DNA of 64,000 nucleotides from Clostridia bacterium (GTDB lineage: Bacteria > Bacillota > Clostridia > JAAYHZ01), in the NCBI GenBank assembly GCA_050950825.1, contig JBMNIH010000002.1:512001-576000 (forward strand). Direction: 5' to 3'. Below are positions 10,253 to 20,611 of the stretch, in pieces. Each line of letters opens with the position of its first letter. The stretch's first letter is position 1. Under the pieces are notes generated by a model, which saw only the letters and a list, made by a program, of their open reading frames with translations, had not been told where the DNA came from and did not search any database. A program made the translations under genes and the position numbers.

Positions 10253-11437
10253 TTATTCGAATATTCTGTCGAAATCGACCTCGTTTTCAATGTAGAGGAC
10301 TTGGGCTTTTCCGAATTCTTTTTCAAATTCTTCTTTTTTTCGGAAGGTAACGATTCGAATATTTCGGGAAAGGGCATAAAGAATCAGTTCTTTGTTCCCT
10401 TTTGCTTGCTCATGAATGGTAAAGCCGGTATCGATGACGGTTTTCGCCTTGTCGATACATGCCATGGCCTTTTCTTTTGCTTCCTTCGCCTCGGTAAAAG
10501 GCTTAACGGCGAAAATATTCGCCCCCATGGATAAAGCCACGGGATAATCGCAGTCGCTTTCAACAAGGATTCCCGTCGAAAAACCGGCCCTTCTTTTTGC
10601 AAATTGTCGGTATAAAGAAACTCCGGTGCCGCTGCAGGCAACGATGAAAATGTTCTCCGAGCTTCCTACGGGAAGCTCAACGGAACCGGTTACATAGGAA
10701 AAACGTCCCGGACTCATGTCAAACAAACGGTTCACCGTATCTTCTTTTTCCATGGCCTCCGGGGTTCCGTCGTACATGACTTTTCCGTCCTTTACGGCTA
10801 TGATGTGTTGGCAGACCTTTACCGCCAAGTCCAACTCATGCAGCGTCAATACCACCGATATGTTTTTTTCTTTCGCCAATCGGTTCAAAAGCTCCATAAT
10901 CTCCAGCTTATGCTTAATGTCAAGATGAGTCGTCGGCTCATCCAACAAAAGCACCTTCGGTTCCTGGGCAATGGCTCGGGCGATCAAAACCTTTTGCTTC
11001 TCCCCGTCACTTAACGTGGAAAACAATCGGTGGGCAAGCTCTGCGGCGCCGGTCTGCTCCAAGCTTGAAAGGGCGATTTTTTTGTCATGTTGCGATAATC
11101 TTCCCATAAATCCGGTATGGGGATAACGCCCCATACAAGTGATTTCCATAGCCGTCATAAAATCCACGGAAATTCTTTGGGTTAAAACCACGGCAACGGT
11201 TTTCGACAATTCGTTTCTGCCGTATTCTTTCATGCTTTTTCCGAAAAGGCGGATATCTCCGCCGATGGCAGGCAGAAGGCCGCTTACGGTTTTTAAAAGA
11301 GTGGACTTTCCTGCACCGTTTTTCCCCATCAAGCAAGTAAGCTCCCCTTGCCTAATGTCAAAATTCATGTTTTCGCATACGACTTTTTGGTCGTATCCGA
11401 TGGTCAGATTGTTTACGGTAATGGCCGGTTTGGACAA
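10253..11437 (-). CDS. Cobalamin/iron-chelate ABC transporter ATP-binding protein with C-terminal extension
   Basis: GKNGAGKST Walker A, LSDGEKQK signature, LLLDEPT. Confidence 0.92.
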   Translation of the reverse strand: MSKPAITVNNLTIGYDQKVVCENMNFDIRQGELTCLMGKNGAGKSTLLKTVSGLLPAIGGDIRLFGKSMKEYGRNELSKTVAVVLTQRISVDFMTAMEITCMGRYPHTGFMGRLSQHDKKIALSSLEQTGAAELAHRLFSTLSDGEKQKVLIARAIAQEPKVLLLDEPTTHLDIKHKLEIMELLNRLAKEKNISVVLTLHELDLAVKVCQHIIAVKDGKVMYDGTPEAMEKEDTVNRLFDMSPGRFSYVTGSVELPVGSSENIFIVACSGTGVSLYRQFAKRRAGFSTGILVESDCDYPVALSMGANIFAVKPFTEAKEAKEKAMACIDKAKTVIDTGFTIHEQAKGNKELILYALSRNIRIVTFRKKEEFEKEFGKAQVLYIENEVDFDRIFE

Positions 11438-11458
11438 TTTTCTACCTCCGATTTTTTC

Positions 11459-12673
11459 TTAAGCATTGGACCGATTTTTCATAATCATGTGAATCACAAT
11501 AGGTACACCGAAAACGGACGTTACGGTGCTTAAGGCCAGCTCTCTCGGAGAGAATACGGACCGAGCCAAAATATCGCATACGGCCGTTATACAAGCACCG
11601 TACAAAATGCATCCCGGCAAAAGAATTCGGCTGTCCGAGGATTTAAACAACAGCTTCACGATATGGGGAACCGCCAAGCCGATAAATGCGACGGGGCCTG
11701 CAAAAGCGGTTACCGCCGCCGTCAATACGCCGGACAGCAAAATGATAATGACGCGGAACAAACGCAAATTGACGCCTAAGCTTTTGGCATAATCCTCTCC
11801 TAACAAAAAGGCGTTCAATTGTTTTCCTATCAGTAAAGAACCGAAAAAAGAAAGGAAGCAAATGATCGCCAGCATCCATACTTCTTCCCACACAAAGCCG
11901 GAAAAGCTGCCCATGGAATAGACCACAAACCCTTTTACCGCTTCTTTGTCGGCAAAAGTCATTAAAAACCCGGTACCTGCGGAACAAAAGTACCCGATCA
12001 TAATGCCGATAACAAGGAGGGTGGTTGCCTGTTTAACCCGCAAGGCGAACAACAGCACAACGGCCATAACCGCCATGGCGCCGAAAAAAGCGGCAAAAAA
12101 TCTTCCGAAAGGACCGGTTCCAAAAATGCCGAGCCGAAGCCCCGCCAGAATGAACAAGGCGGCTATAAAGGTGGATCCGTTGGATATGCCCAAAACGTAA
12201 GGGTCCACAATGGGGTTTCGGAAGAAGATCTGCAAAAGCAGCCCGGCTACGGCCAAGGCGGCCCCTCCCAAAAGGGAGGCTGCCGCTCGTGGCAGCCGTA
12301 TGTCAAAAAGAATGTCTCGGTGCAGGCTATCGTCCTCTTCACCGTAAACGACGGTTACCGAGGTGTATCCTTCGTCTTGTAAATCGATGTTTTCAAAAAG
12401 GCCCGGTTCGATTTCCATGGAACCCATCTCTTCATGAACAACGACGATACCGGTCGCTCCTTCCAAGCTTATATCCTCGAAATGATCCCGGTCGTATGTT
12501 ACGATTTGCTCCTTCGCCTCAAAGAAAAGGGTGCGAAAGATTTCCTTCGGCGGTATTTTTACCGAACCGATGGAAACGGCCGCTACCGTAACGGCCAAAA
12601 GCAGCAGGATTCCCACGGCATATAGCAGGAACGCTTTTTTACCCGATGATTTTTGGACCTTTTTCTTACTCAT
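11459..12673 (-). CDS. FecCD/BtuC-type ABC permease
   Basis: IRLPR, FRNPIVDPYVLG, GEDYAKSLG, FIGLAVPHI. Confidence 0.93.
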   Translation of the reverse strand: MSKKKVQKSSGKKAFLLYAVGILLLLAVTVAAVSIGSVKIPPKEIFRTLFFEAKEQIVTYDRDHFEDISLEGATGIVVVHEEMGSMEIEPGLFENIDLQDEGYTSVTVVYGEEDDSLHRDILFDIRLPRAAASLLGGAALAVAGLLLQIFFRNPIVDPYVLGISNGSTFIAALFILAGLRLGIFGTGPFGRFFAAFFGAMAVMAVVLLFALRVKQATTLLVIGIMIGYFCSAGTGFLMTFADKEAVKGFVVYSMGSFSGFVWEEVWMLAIICFLSFFGSLLIGKQLNAFLLGEDYAKSLGVNLRLFRVIIILLSGVLTAAVTAFAGPVAFIGLAVPHIVKLLFKSSDSRILLPGCILYGACITAVCDILARSVFSPRELALSTVTSVFGVPIVIHMIMKNRSNA

Positions 12674-12701
12674 TTTTTATTTCCTTTTTATTGAACCACG
12701 C

Positions 12702-14183
12702 TTAATTTTTCATTGATTGCGGCATCTTGCTCAAGTACTTGATTTGGTACCCTTCGTAAATGTCCGGATAGAAGATGGCGGACATGTCTTCAATGATGTT
12801 TTGGGTATAGGGTGCCACTTGGTACCAAGAAGGTGCATAGTTCCATACTCTTCCGTTCTTAACGGATTTTAAATTCTTTAAAATATCCATTTGGTCGATC
12901 ATCCACCGGACCGAGATCTCCGGCGTGTAGGTGGTAACGAATCCGGAATAGATGAAGATGTCCGCATCCTTCGCCCGTCTGTAGAATTCTTCCGGATCAA
13001 TCATAACGGATCCGCCTAAGCCGGTTCCCACATCGGAGAATACATAATCGCCTCCGGCCATTTCGATCCATTTGGCAATGTAGGACCCTTTATCCGGTAC
13101 ATACATGCCGGTTCCCCCGAAGGGAACGATGTTGCCCCATACCACTTTCGGTTTTTCTTTTCCTTCATAGCGGCTCTTGATGACCTCGATTTTTGCCACC
13201 GCTCCGTTGGTATATACCGAAGCCATCATTTCTTTGTTGTAGAAAGCCGATACCAAGGATCCGATTTCCAAGCGAGAAAAAGGATCTTCCTCCAGCCAGT
13301 CGGTGCAAATGACATAGCGTATGCCGAATTCCTCCAGCTTCTCAACGATTTTCGGAGTGTCCCAATTGTCATCGTACAAAATGGCTAAATCCGGCTTCAA
13401 TTTTTTCAACGCTTCGAAATCCACGGCGGAATTGTCTCCGATAAAGGTCATGGTTCCGTCTTGGTGTCCCTTTTTAAAGTCTTCAATAAACCAGTCTTGG
13501 GCCGGTGTGGTGGTGCCGATAACCGAATCGGTTTCACCGATCACATCCAATATACCGGCATAGGAAGTGGAAAACAAGACCACTCGGCTTACCGGTACGG
13601 TGATAATCTCGATGCTCTTATCAAACAAATATTTCACCGGTATTTTTGTTTTTCCGTCTACCAGCAAAAGCTTCCTTCCGTTGGTATCCGTTAAAAGCTT
13701 CAATCCGTTTTCAAGATATTCGATATTGAAGACCTTGCAAAAGTCATTGCGGTAGTAAGGCATTTTCACCGACAGTTTATTCTTTTCATAGGTAAATGTG
13801 AGCCCTTCCAATCTTTCAAAAAAGTCCAATGACACATACGTCCTGCCGTTTTTAATAACCGCCGGCCGTTTCATGGAAAAATAACCGTCCTTGGTATACA
13901 CCGTTCTTCTGCCGTTAGCCAAGATGTAGTAGTCATAGCCGTCTTGAACGCGAATCGACTTGTCTGTCGGATCTTGGGTCACGAATATACCCGTCTGCTC
14001 ACACAGCATGCGAAGAGGAACCATTAAAACTCCGTTATCCTCATAGGGTACCGCATCGGTAAACGCAAGGGGTTTCCCGTTGATTTCCGCCGTAATCGTC
14101 ACGTCGGATGCCGTAACGGATGTATTCGGCAAAAGTGTAACAAAAAACAGCAGCGCCAAAACGAAACACAATATTTTCTTCAT
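12702..14183 (-). CDS. Cobalamin ABC substrate-binding protein fused to a copper-amine-oxidase N-terminal (stalk) domain
   Basis: GGAGG SD before ATG 14183; signal peptide; LMVPLRML...IKNGRTYVSL stalk motifs; VPVSRVV and DFEALKKLKPDL class III SBP motifs. Confidence 0.85.
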   Translation of the reverse strand: MKKILCFVLALLFFVTLLPNTSVTASDVTITAEINGKPLAFTDAVPYEDNGVLMVPLRMLCEQTGIFVTQDPTDKSIRVQDGYDYYILANGRRTVYTKDGYFSMKRPAVIKNGRTYVSLDFFERLEGLTFTYEKNKLSVKMPYYRNDFCKVFNIEYLENGLKLLTDTNGRKLLLVDGKTKIPVKYLFDKSIEIITVPVSRVVLFSTSYAGILDVIGETDSVIGTTTPAQDWFIEDFKKGHQDGTMTFIGDNSAVDFEALKKLKPDLAILYDDNWDTPKIVEKLEEFGIRYVICTDWLEEDPFSRLEIGSLVSAFYNKEMMASVYTNGAVAKIEVIKSRYEGKEKPKVVWGNIVPFGGTGMYVPDKGSYIAKWIEMAGGDYVFSDVGTGLGGSVMIDPEEFYRRAKDADIFIYSGFVTTYTPEISVRWMIDQMDILKNLKSVKNGRVWNYAPSWYQVAPYTQNIIEDMSAIFYPDIYEGYQIKYLSKMPQSMKN

Positions 14184-14334
14184 CACGAACCTCCTGTATA
14201 TATCAACGGCATGGAAAGCATTAAAAGACAAGCATAGCGGAAAATAAAAAACCTTGCCAAGACATATGGGCAAGGAAGAACACGTACATAGCTATGTATC
14301 GAATGCCCTCCATCGCTCGTAGAGTGATCTGCAT

Positions 14335-14515
14335 CTTTTACCGGGCAGGTCTTCTGACTCGGACTCAACGTGTGCTTTCCCTTCCCGCTTTTCGCAGTGG
14401 CAACGAAAGACACTCCTCCATACAGCGGCGTGACCGTGCAGGATTTTCACCTGCTTCCCTTTTAATAGGTCCAAACAAGCCTTTGTGTTTGTTCCTAACC
14501 CGATAAGCCTGTTAT
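14335..14515 (-). promoter_or_regulatory. Cobalamin (AdoCbl) riboswitch
   Basis: Minus strand reads AAAAGGGAAGCAGGTGAAAATCCTGCACGGTCACGCCGCTGT...GCCACTG...GGGAAG...GAGTCAGAAGACCTGCC (B12 box), upstream of a BtuFCD-like operon. Confidence 0.93.
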
Positions 14516-14697
14516 TCAATTATAGTCCGACGATTCGAACTTTATGATCAGTTTAGCCAAATTCAGGTAAAGTGTCAAGGCGGATTCAGGTTCATTCTTA
14601 TCACTTTCTTGTGTTATCTTGTGTTCTTTTTCTCCTGCAATTGAAGACGTATATACCCGGTGATATAATGGCATCAAAATTTCTTCGGAGGCAAAAC

Positions 14698-16695
14698 ATG
14701 CAATTAGGTCTTGGTATCGATACCGGGGGCACATTTACGGATGTCGCCCTTTATGATTTTAACACGAATAAAGTAATAGACAGCGCGAAGGCACCGACGC
14801 GCAAAGAAAATCTTCAAAAAGGAATAGAAGAGGCATTGGATCAATTGGACGGAAACCTTTTTCAAAAAGTGCAATTCGTTTCTCTTTCCACCACCCTAGC
14901 CACCAATGCCTGCGTAGAAAACAAAGGTGCAAACGCAACATTGATTTTAATCGGCTCCCATCCGAAGGTAGTAGAGCAATACGGAAAAGAATACGGGCTG
15001 CCGGATGCCGACCAAATCATACTTCTTGACGGAACGGTTAACGACAACGGAGAAGCGGTAAAAGAACCGGACTGGGAATATTTAAAGCAACGCTTAAAAG
15101 CTTTCGACCCTTTCACGGACTGCTATGCCGTCGTTCAAACCTGGAGCATGCTCAATCCCGTGTTTGAGCAAAAGGCCGAAGCCGTTATCGCCGAACAATG
15201 CGGAAAACCGGTAGTCTGCGGTCACGAGCTTTCCGGCAAGTTAAACGTTTTAAAAAGAGCTTCCGCCGCATTATTGAACGCAAAATTGATACCGGTCATA
15301 CGAGACTTTATGGACAACGTTCTTCAAGGACTGAAAAGCAAGGGCATTCATGCTCCCGTTGTTATCGTCCGCGGGGACGGATCCGTTATGTCCTTGGACT
15401 TTGCTTTAAAAAGGCCCGTAGAAACGTTGCTTTCGGGACCTGCCGCTTCCATGCACGGCGGCGTATATTTATCGAATCATAAAAACCAAATCATCGTTGA
15501 CATCGGCGGCACCACCAGCGATATCGCCTTGATCAAGGACGGATACCCGAGTCTGTTAGAGGACGGAGCCGTCGTCGGCGGATGGAAAACCGCCATCGCT
15601 TCGGTGGATATGACTACTTGCGCCATGGGCGGCGACAGCGAAATCAAAATCACCAAGGACAAAGAAATTACCGTAGGTCCCCAACGAGTCATACCCCTTT
15701 GTGCCTTAGCCGCTCAATACCCGAAGGTGGAAGAACGCTTGGAGGAGTTAACGCAGATGAGACCTCTTCACACAAGGCCCCTTCCCGTGTTCTATGTATA
15801 TACCGGAAAAAAGGGAAACCGACTTTCGGAAAAAGACGAGGCCGTCTTGGAGGCTTTAAAAGAAGGTCCTTTAGACATAACCAAGCTGTGTGAAAAAATC
15901 GATCAATCCATTTATTCCTTTAACGCCACGGAGTTAGAAAACAAAGGTCTTATCATGAAAAGCTCTTTGACCCCCACGGATATAATGCATATACAAGGGG
16001 ACTTTACACGATGGAACGTCCGCGCTTCCTTGTTGGCGGTACAAGTCCTTTCGAACCAATTCGGAATCGATAAGAACAGAATCTGCAAGGAAACGTATCG
16101 CAAAGTCGTTCTAAAAATTTACGGAACCATAGTAAAGATGCTTTTGGAAAAGAACCGGCCGGGGATTGCCAAAACCTTTGATACGCCCTTTTTCGACCGA
16201 CTTTTGGAATACTCCACCTTTGAAGACGATTTGTTAAAGGCAAGCTTTCACACCTCCTACGTCTTGTGCGGATTAGGAGCACCCGCATTCATATTCATAC
16301 CTTTGGTGGGAAGGCTGTTGAATACGACAACCTACATCCCGGAATACGCTTCGGTGGCCAATGCCATCGGCGCCGTAACAGGTAAAGTGATCAGCATCGA
16401 AGAAGGGGTGGTACTGCCTCGCTACGAAAACCACGCTTTGATCGGCTACACGGTACGCACACGAAAAGGAAGTACCTTCTTTAAGGAATTGGAGGATGCC
16501 GTATCTTACGCTGCAAAAACCTTGGAGGAGGATGCCGTATCCAACGCCCTTCACCGCGGAGCCGTCGAGGTGCAGTCCATCGTAGAAATAGATGAAAACA
16601 GGGCCGAAATCCTTTCGGCGGAAGAAAGCGATGAAAACTCGCTTTTAGTAGACATTCGAATATTGGCCCGTGCTACGGGAGGCTATCGGATTTAA
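14698..16695 (+). CDS. Hydantoinase/oxoprolinase family protein
   Basis: GIDTGGTFTD, STTLATNA, ETLLSGPAAS, DIGGTTSD; GGAGG SD. Confidence 0.9.
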   Translation: MQLGLGIDTGGTFTDVALYDFNTNKVIDSAKAPTRKENLQKGIEEALDQLDGNLFQKVQFVSLSTTLATNACVENKGANATLILIGSHPKVVEQYGKEYGLPDADQIILLDGTVNDNGEAVKEPDWEYLKQRLKAFDPFTDCYAVVQTWSMLNPVFEQKAEAVIAEQCGKPVVCGHELSGKLNVLKRASAALLNAKLIPVIRDFMDNVLQGLKSKGIHAPVVIVRGDGSVMSLDFALKRPVETLLSGPAASMHGGVYLSNHKNQIIVDIGGTTSDIALIKDGYPSLLEDGAVVGGWKTAIASVDMTTCAMGGDSEIKITKDKEITVGPQRVIPLCALAAQYPKVEERLEELTQMRPLHTRPLPVFYVYTGKKGNRLSEKDEAVLEALKEGPLDITKLCEKIDQSIYSFNATELENKGLIMKSSLTPTDIMHIQGDFTRWNVRASLLAVQVLSNQFGIDKNRICKETYRKVVLKIYGTIVKMLLEKNRPGIAKTFDTPFFDRLLEYSTFEDDLLKASFHTSYVLCGLGAPAFIFIPLVGRLLNTTTYIPEYASVANAIGAVTGKVISIEEGVVLPRYENHALIGYTVRTRKGSTFFKELEDAVSYAAKTLEEDAVSNALHRGAVEVQSIVEIDENRAEILSAEESDENSLLVDIRILARATGGYRI

Positions 16696-16700
16696 TTTTC

Positions 16701-17315
16701 TTATCCGATTCCTTCCCCGGCCTTGAGCTGTTTGATGAGATTTTCCAAACCGGACAAGTCTTGACGGTAGACATCTTCTAAGGAGCGGTTATAGATCAAG
16801 CTTGCAGGATGATAGAGGGGATATAGAAGGAATTCTTTCCCCTCTATTTTTATATCCGTCTTTTTCCCGTGAACCTCCCCTATCTTCGCCTCGGTTCCCA
16901 TAAGCGTCTGCAAGGGTACGTTCCCTAAGGTGGCAATGATTTTCGGAGACAACACCAAAAGCTCCCGGATTAAATAGGGGCGGCAGTTTTCCAAATCCTC
17001 TTTTTTCGCCGGACGGTTTATCTTGTTGCCGGTCTTTTCATTGATTCGAAACAATCGATACTTGACGGCATTGGTAATGTATATGTCTTGACGGGTGAAC
17101 CCGGCCCTTTCCAGAAAATCCCGCAGGATTTTACCGGCGGAACCGACGAACGGCTTTTTTAGCTTCACTTCGTCTTTTCCCGGAGCTTCCCCGATGAATA
17201 CAATACCGCTGTCCGGGTTTCCGTCTCCGTAGACGATTTCCATATCGCAAAAACGGCTGCCGAATTCTTGATAGATCTCCAAAAGTAAGTTCCTTTTTTT
17301 ATCGTTCGCTTCCAT
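16701..17315 (-). CDS. Uracil-DNA glycosylase family 4-like, lacking Fe-S cysteines
   Basis: IGEAPG, PFVGSAG, YHPASL; NAVKYR replaces NxVKCR. Confidence 0.85.
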   Translation of the reverse strand: MEANDKKRNLLLEIYQEFGSRFCDMEIVYGDGNPDSGIVFIGEAPGKDEVKLKKPFVGSAGKILRDFLERAGFTRQDIYITNAVKYRLFRINEKTGNKINRPAKKEDLENCRPYLIRELLVLSPKIIATLGNVPLQTLMGTEAKIGEVHGKKTDIKIEGKEFLLYPLYHPASLIYNRSLEDVYRQDLSGLENLIKQLKAGEGIG

Positions 17316-17325
17316 ATTCGTATCT

Positions 17326-17883
17326 TTATTTCGTAAGCTCATTCAACATTTCCCTGATCTTCATAAAGTCATACCACTGGGTGATTTTTTCTTTTTCATT
17401 TCGCAGCAAAAAGGCGGGATGATAAACGGCCATCATTTTAACGCCGCCTTTATCGAACCATTTGCCGCGGTCCTGAGAGATCCGAAAATCCGGATGTATC
17501 AAATATTTGGCGCTGATGCGTCCTAAACATACGATAATCTTCGGACGTATCAGCCGAAATTGATTTCGTAAATAAGGAAGGCACTGCGCAACCTCTTCCT
17601 CCAAAGGATCCCTGTTGTCCTTCGGCCTGCATTTAACCACATTGGTTATGTAATACTCGCTCTGGTGAAAAGGAATGGCGTTAAGAAGCAAATCCAACAG
17701 CTGCCCGGCCTTACCTACAAAAGGCAAGCCCTGCTTGTCTTCTTCTTCCCCCGGTCCCTCTCCTACAAACATCAAAGGAGCGGTTTCGTTTCCCCTTCCG
17801 ATTACCGTATGGGTGGCCGATTGACGTAGCCCGCACTTATTACAGGTTAAGCATTCTTTTTTCAAATCATCCCATGTCAGCAT
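17326..17883 (-). CDS. Uracil-DNA glycosylase family 4 (Fe-S)
   Basis: CxxC, VGEGPG, PFVGKAG, NVVKCRP, YHPAFL. Confidence 0.93.
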   Translation of the reverse strand: MLTWDDLKKECLTCNKCGLRQSATHTVIGRGNETAPLMFVGEGPGEEEDKQGLPFVGKAGQLLDLLLNAIPFHQSEYYITNVVKCRPKDNRDPLEEEVAQCLPYLRNQFRLIRPKIIVCLGRISAKYLIHPDFRISQDRGKWFDKGGVKMMAVYHPAFLLRNEKEKITQWYDFMKIREMLNELTK

Positions 17884-19345
17884 GTTGTTATCCCAAACTC
17901 GTTTTCTTCTTTTATCGTATTATATCATACCGGGTAAAAGGTTTCTTTAACAATCCTTCCGATTTGATTTTACGAAACGTCTTTTAAAAACTTTAATCGA
18001 AAAAGTAAAGTCCACCCTTCGAAAGCTGCAGTTGATTTTACTTTTGCAAAAATATTAATAAAAATATTGTGGACTTTACTAATGCAAACGCAAATACAAA
18101 AAATTACTAGTAAAGAAAGCATGCATTTTTAGCTGATTCCTGAGACTATCATTACCTAAACAAATATAAAAGTAATACGGTGTTCGCCATGCTACGATAT
18201 AAAAGACGAGGGACGTTGAGAAATTGGTCGCTTGCATCTCCCCTTCATCCCTCGGTATATGTTCAAAAGCATGGCGAAAAAAGAAAAGCATGGCACTGTG
18301 GAATAAATGGAAGGGACCCGGCTTTGCCGGGAAGGAGGCCGTTTATGCCGCAAAAGGCCATTGCTTGTCTTTTTAACCGGATGGACTTTTGTCATGATCT
18401 AAAACTAAAAACTAACAAAACATGTATTACTTACCGATATCAGTGCAATCATTAAAAAAGAACGATGTCTTTCAAAATGATTTTGAAAGGAGAACCATAA
18501 TGATGTCAACTCATTTGACGTTATCAGACAGGAAAGATATCGAAAACTTATTGAAGGAGGGAAAATCTTTTAAGGAAATCGGTAAAATACTCGGTAAAGA
18601 TTGCACGACAATATCCAAAGAAGTTCGTCGACATCGGGTAGAACGAAAGACAGGTGCTTTCGGCCAATCGTACAATGCATGTAAGTACAGGATCGGTTGT
18701 CATAAACGTTCGCTATGTAAAAAAAGCGGAGTTTGCGAAAAAGGGATCTGTAGCATATGCAGACTGTGCAATGACTTCTGTGATGCTTTCGTAGAACAGA
18801 AGTGTGATGCTCTCGAAAAACCGCCTTACGTATGTAACGGATGCTCGACAAAACGCAAGTGCTCATTGCAAAAAATGATATACGACGCTAAAGTTGCAGA
18901 CAAAGAATATGAATATACACGTTCGGAATCACGTTCCGGTGTGGCAATCGATGAAAAATCGTTGCAACAATTGGATACCGTGATATCACCTCTTCTGAAA
19001 AAAGGCCAGTCCATTCATCATATTTGCGTAAACAATGCCGATAAAATTATGTACAGCGAAAGGACGTTATACAATTACGTTGACTACGGCCTCTTCACGG
19101 CTCGTAATATTGATATGCCCAGAAAAGTAAGATATCGATCTCGCAAAAAACCGGGCGTAACTCATAAAGTGGATCGCGAATGCCGAATAGGACGCACGTA
19201 TGATGATTACAAAAAAGTTATGGCAGATGTTATGCTCCTTTCGTCGTGGAAATGGATTCGGTGCTTGGTACAAACTATTTAGCCCCCTAATATAATTGGA
19301 GAAACCATACGAATTTAGTAAAATGAATATAGGGGGTTAATCCAA

Positions 19346-19651
19346 ATGAAACACTATGATGATAAGTTCAAGGAACAAGTAATAAAAGAATGTCAAGAAG
19401 TGGGTAATATTTCCCTTGTTGCTAGACGCCATGATATATCCAAAACTACTATATATGGTTGGATAAAAGCTTATAAGAAGAGAGGTTCAGTCACTCCACT
19501 TCCTAAAAATAAAGACAATAGAGTAAAAGAATTAGAACATAGGCTTAATGTTGTAAGCACAGAAAATGATAGATTAAAAAAGCTTGTTGCAGAAAAAGAG
19601 TTAGAGCTGCTAATACTTAGAGAATTAAGGGATAGAGTAAACCCCAAGTAG
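19346..19651 (+). CDS. IS3 transposase OrfA (HTH)
   Basis: YDDKFKEQVI...VARRHDISKTTIYGW plus leucine-zipper-like tail. Confidence 0.88.
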   Translation: MKHYDDKFKEQVIKECQEVGNISLVARRHDISKTTIYGWIKAYKKRGSVTPLPKNKDNRVKELEHRLNVVSTENDRLKKLVAEKELELLILRELRDRVNPK

Positions 19652-20611
19652 CCGACAAGGTTGCAATTGCATTAAGGTGGATAAATAAAGGTTATGATAT
19701 ATCTTTAGTACTTGGCTTTGTCGGCATTGCTGCATCCACCTATTATGAATACATAAAAAGGCAATCAAAATCTAATAGAAATCATAATATTGCAGCATCT
19801 AATAAAGATAATGGAAGGCCTAGACCTGGTTATTCATATACAAAGACCGGTAGAAAAGTATCTGATGAACAAATAAAGGAGTGGTTATGCAATTTAATAT
19901 CAGGAGATGGTTTTCCCTATGGTTACCGTAAACTAACAATATGTCTTAGAGAAGATTATGATCTAATTATCAATCATAAAAAAGTATATAGGCTGTGTAA
20001 AGAATTAGATATACTAAGACCTCAAAGAAAAATAAAGGAAAAGAGTTCTAAGCATTTAGCTAAGAAAGAAACAATATCAGCTCCCAATGAGCTTTGGGAA
20101 ATGGATGTAAAATACGGATATATAAGCGGAGAAGATAAATTCTTCTTTCAACTATCTCTAATAGATGTATTTGACAGAAGCATTATAGATTATCATATAG
20201 GCTTATCCTGTAAAGCTTCTGATGCTTGCAATGTATTGAGAAATAGTATAAGAAAGCGCAATATATATGGTGGTTTAAGGACACCTAAGATAAGGACAGA
20301 CAATGGCCCTCAATTTGTATCTAAAGGAATTTGAAGAATTCTGCAACAGCAATAATATAGTTCATCAAAGGATACCAGTAAAAACTCCTAATATGAATGC
20401 ACACATAGAATCATTCCATTCAATATTGGAAGATGAATGTTACAGTCGCAATGAATGGAACAATTTTAAGGAGGCATACGAAACAATAACTGAATATATG
20501 AATTATTATAATAATCGCAGAAGGCATGGAAGCATAAAATATATGGCTCCAAATAAATTCTATGAAGCAATTATGAGAAAGAATGTAAAAGCTAAAGCAT
20601 TTGCTGCATAA
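19643..20611 (+). pseudogene. IS3 transposase OrfB (integrase core) in the -1 frame, with an extra frameshift near 20325
   Basis: YGYRK, INHKKVYRL, WEMDVKY, RTDNGPQF, NAHIESFH, YNNRRRHGSI. Confidence 0.85.

Noticed and set aside
14292-14519. Short ORFs upstream of the B12 transporter
   Set aside because: The region is accounted for by the cobalamin riboswitch.
18180-18455. 91-aa ORF in the IS30 left end as a passenger gene
   Set aside because: No clear SD or recognisable domain; the stem-loops favour a non-coding interpretation, though coding is not excluded.
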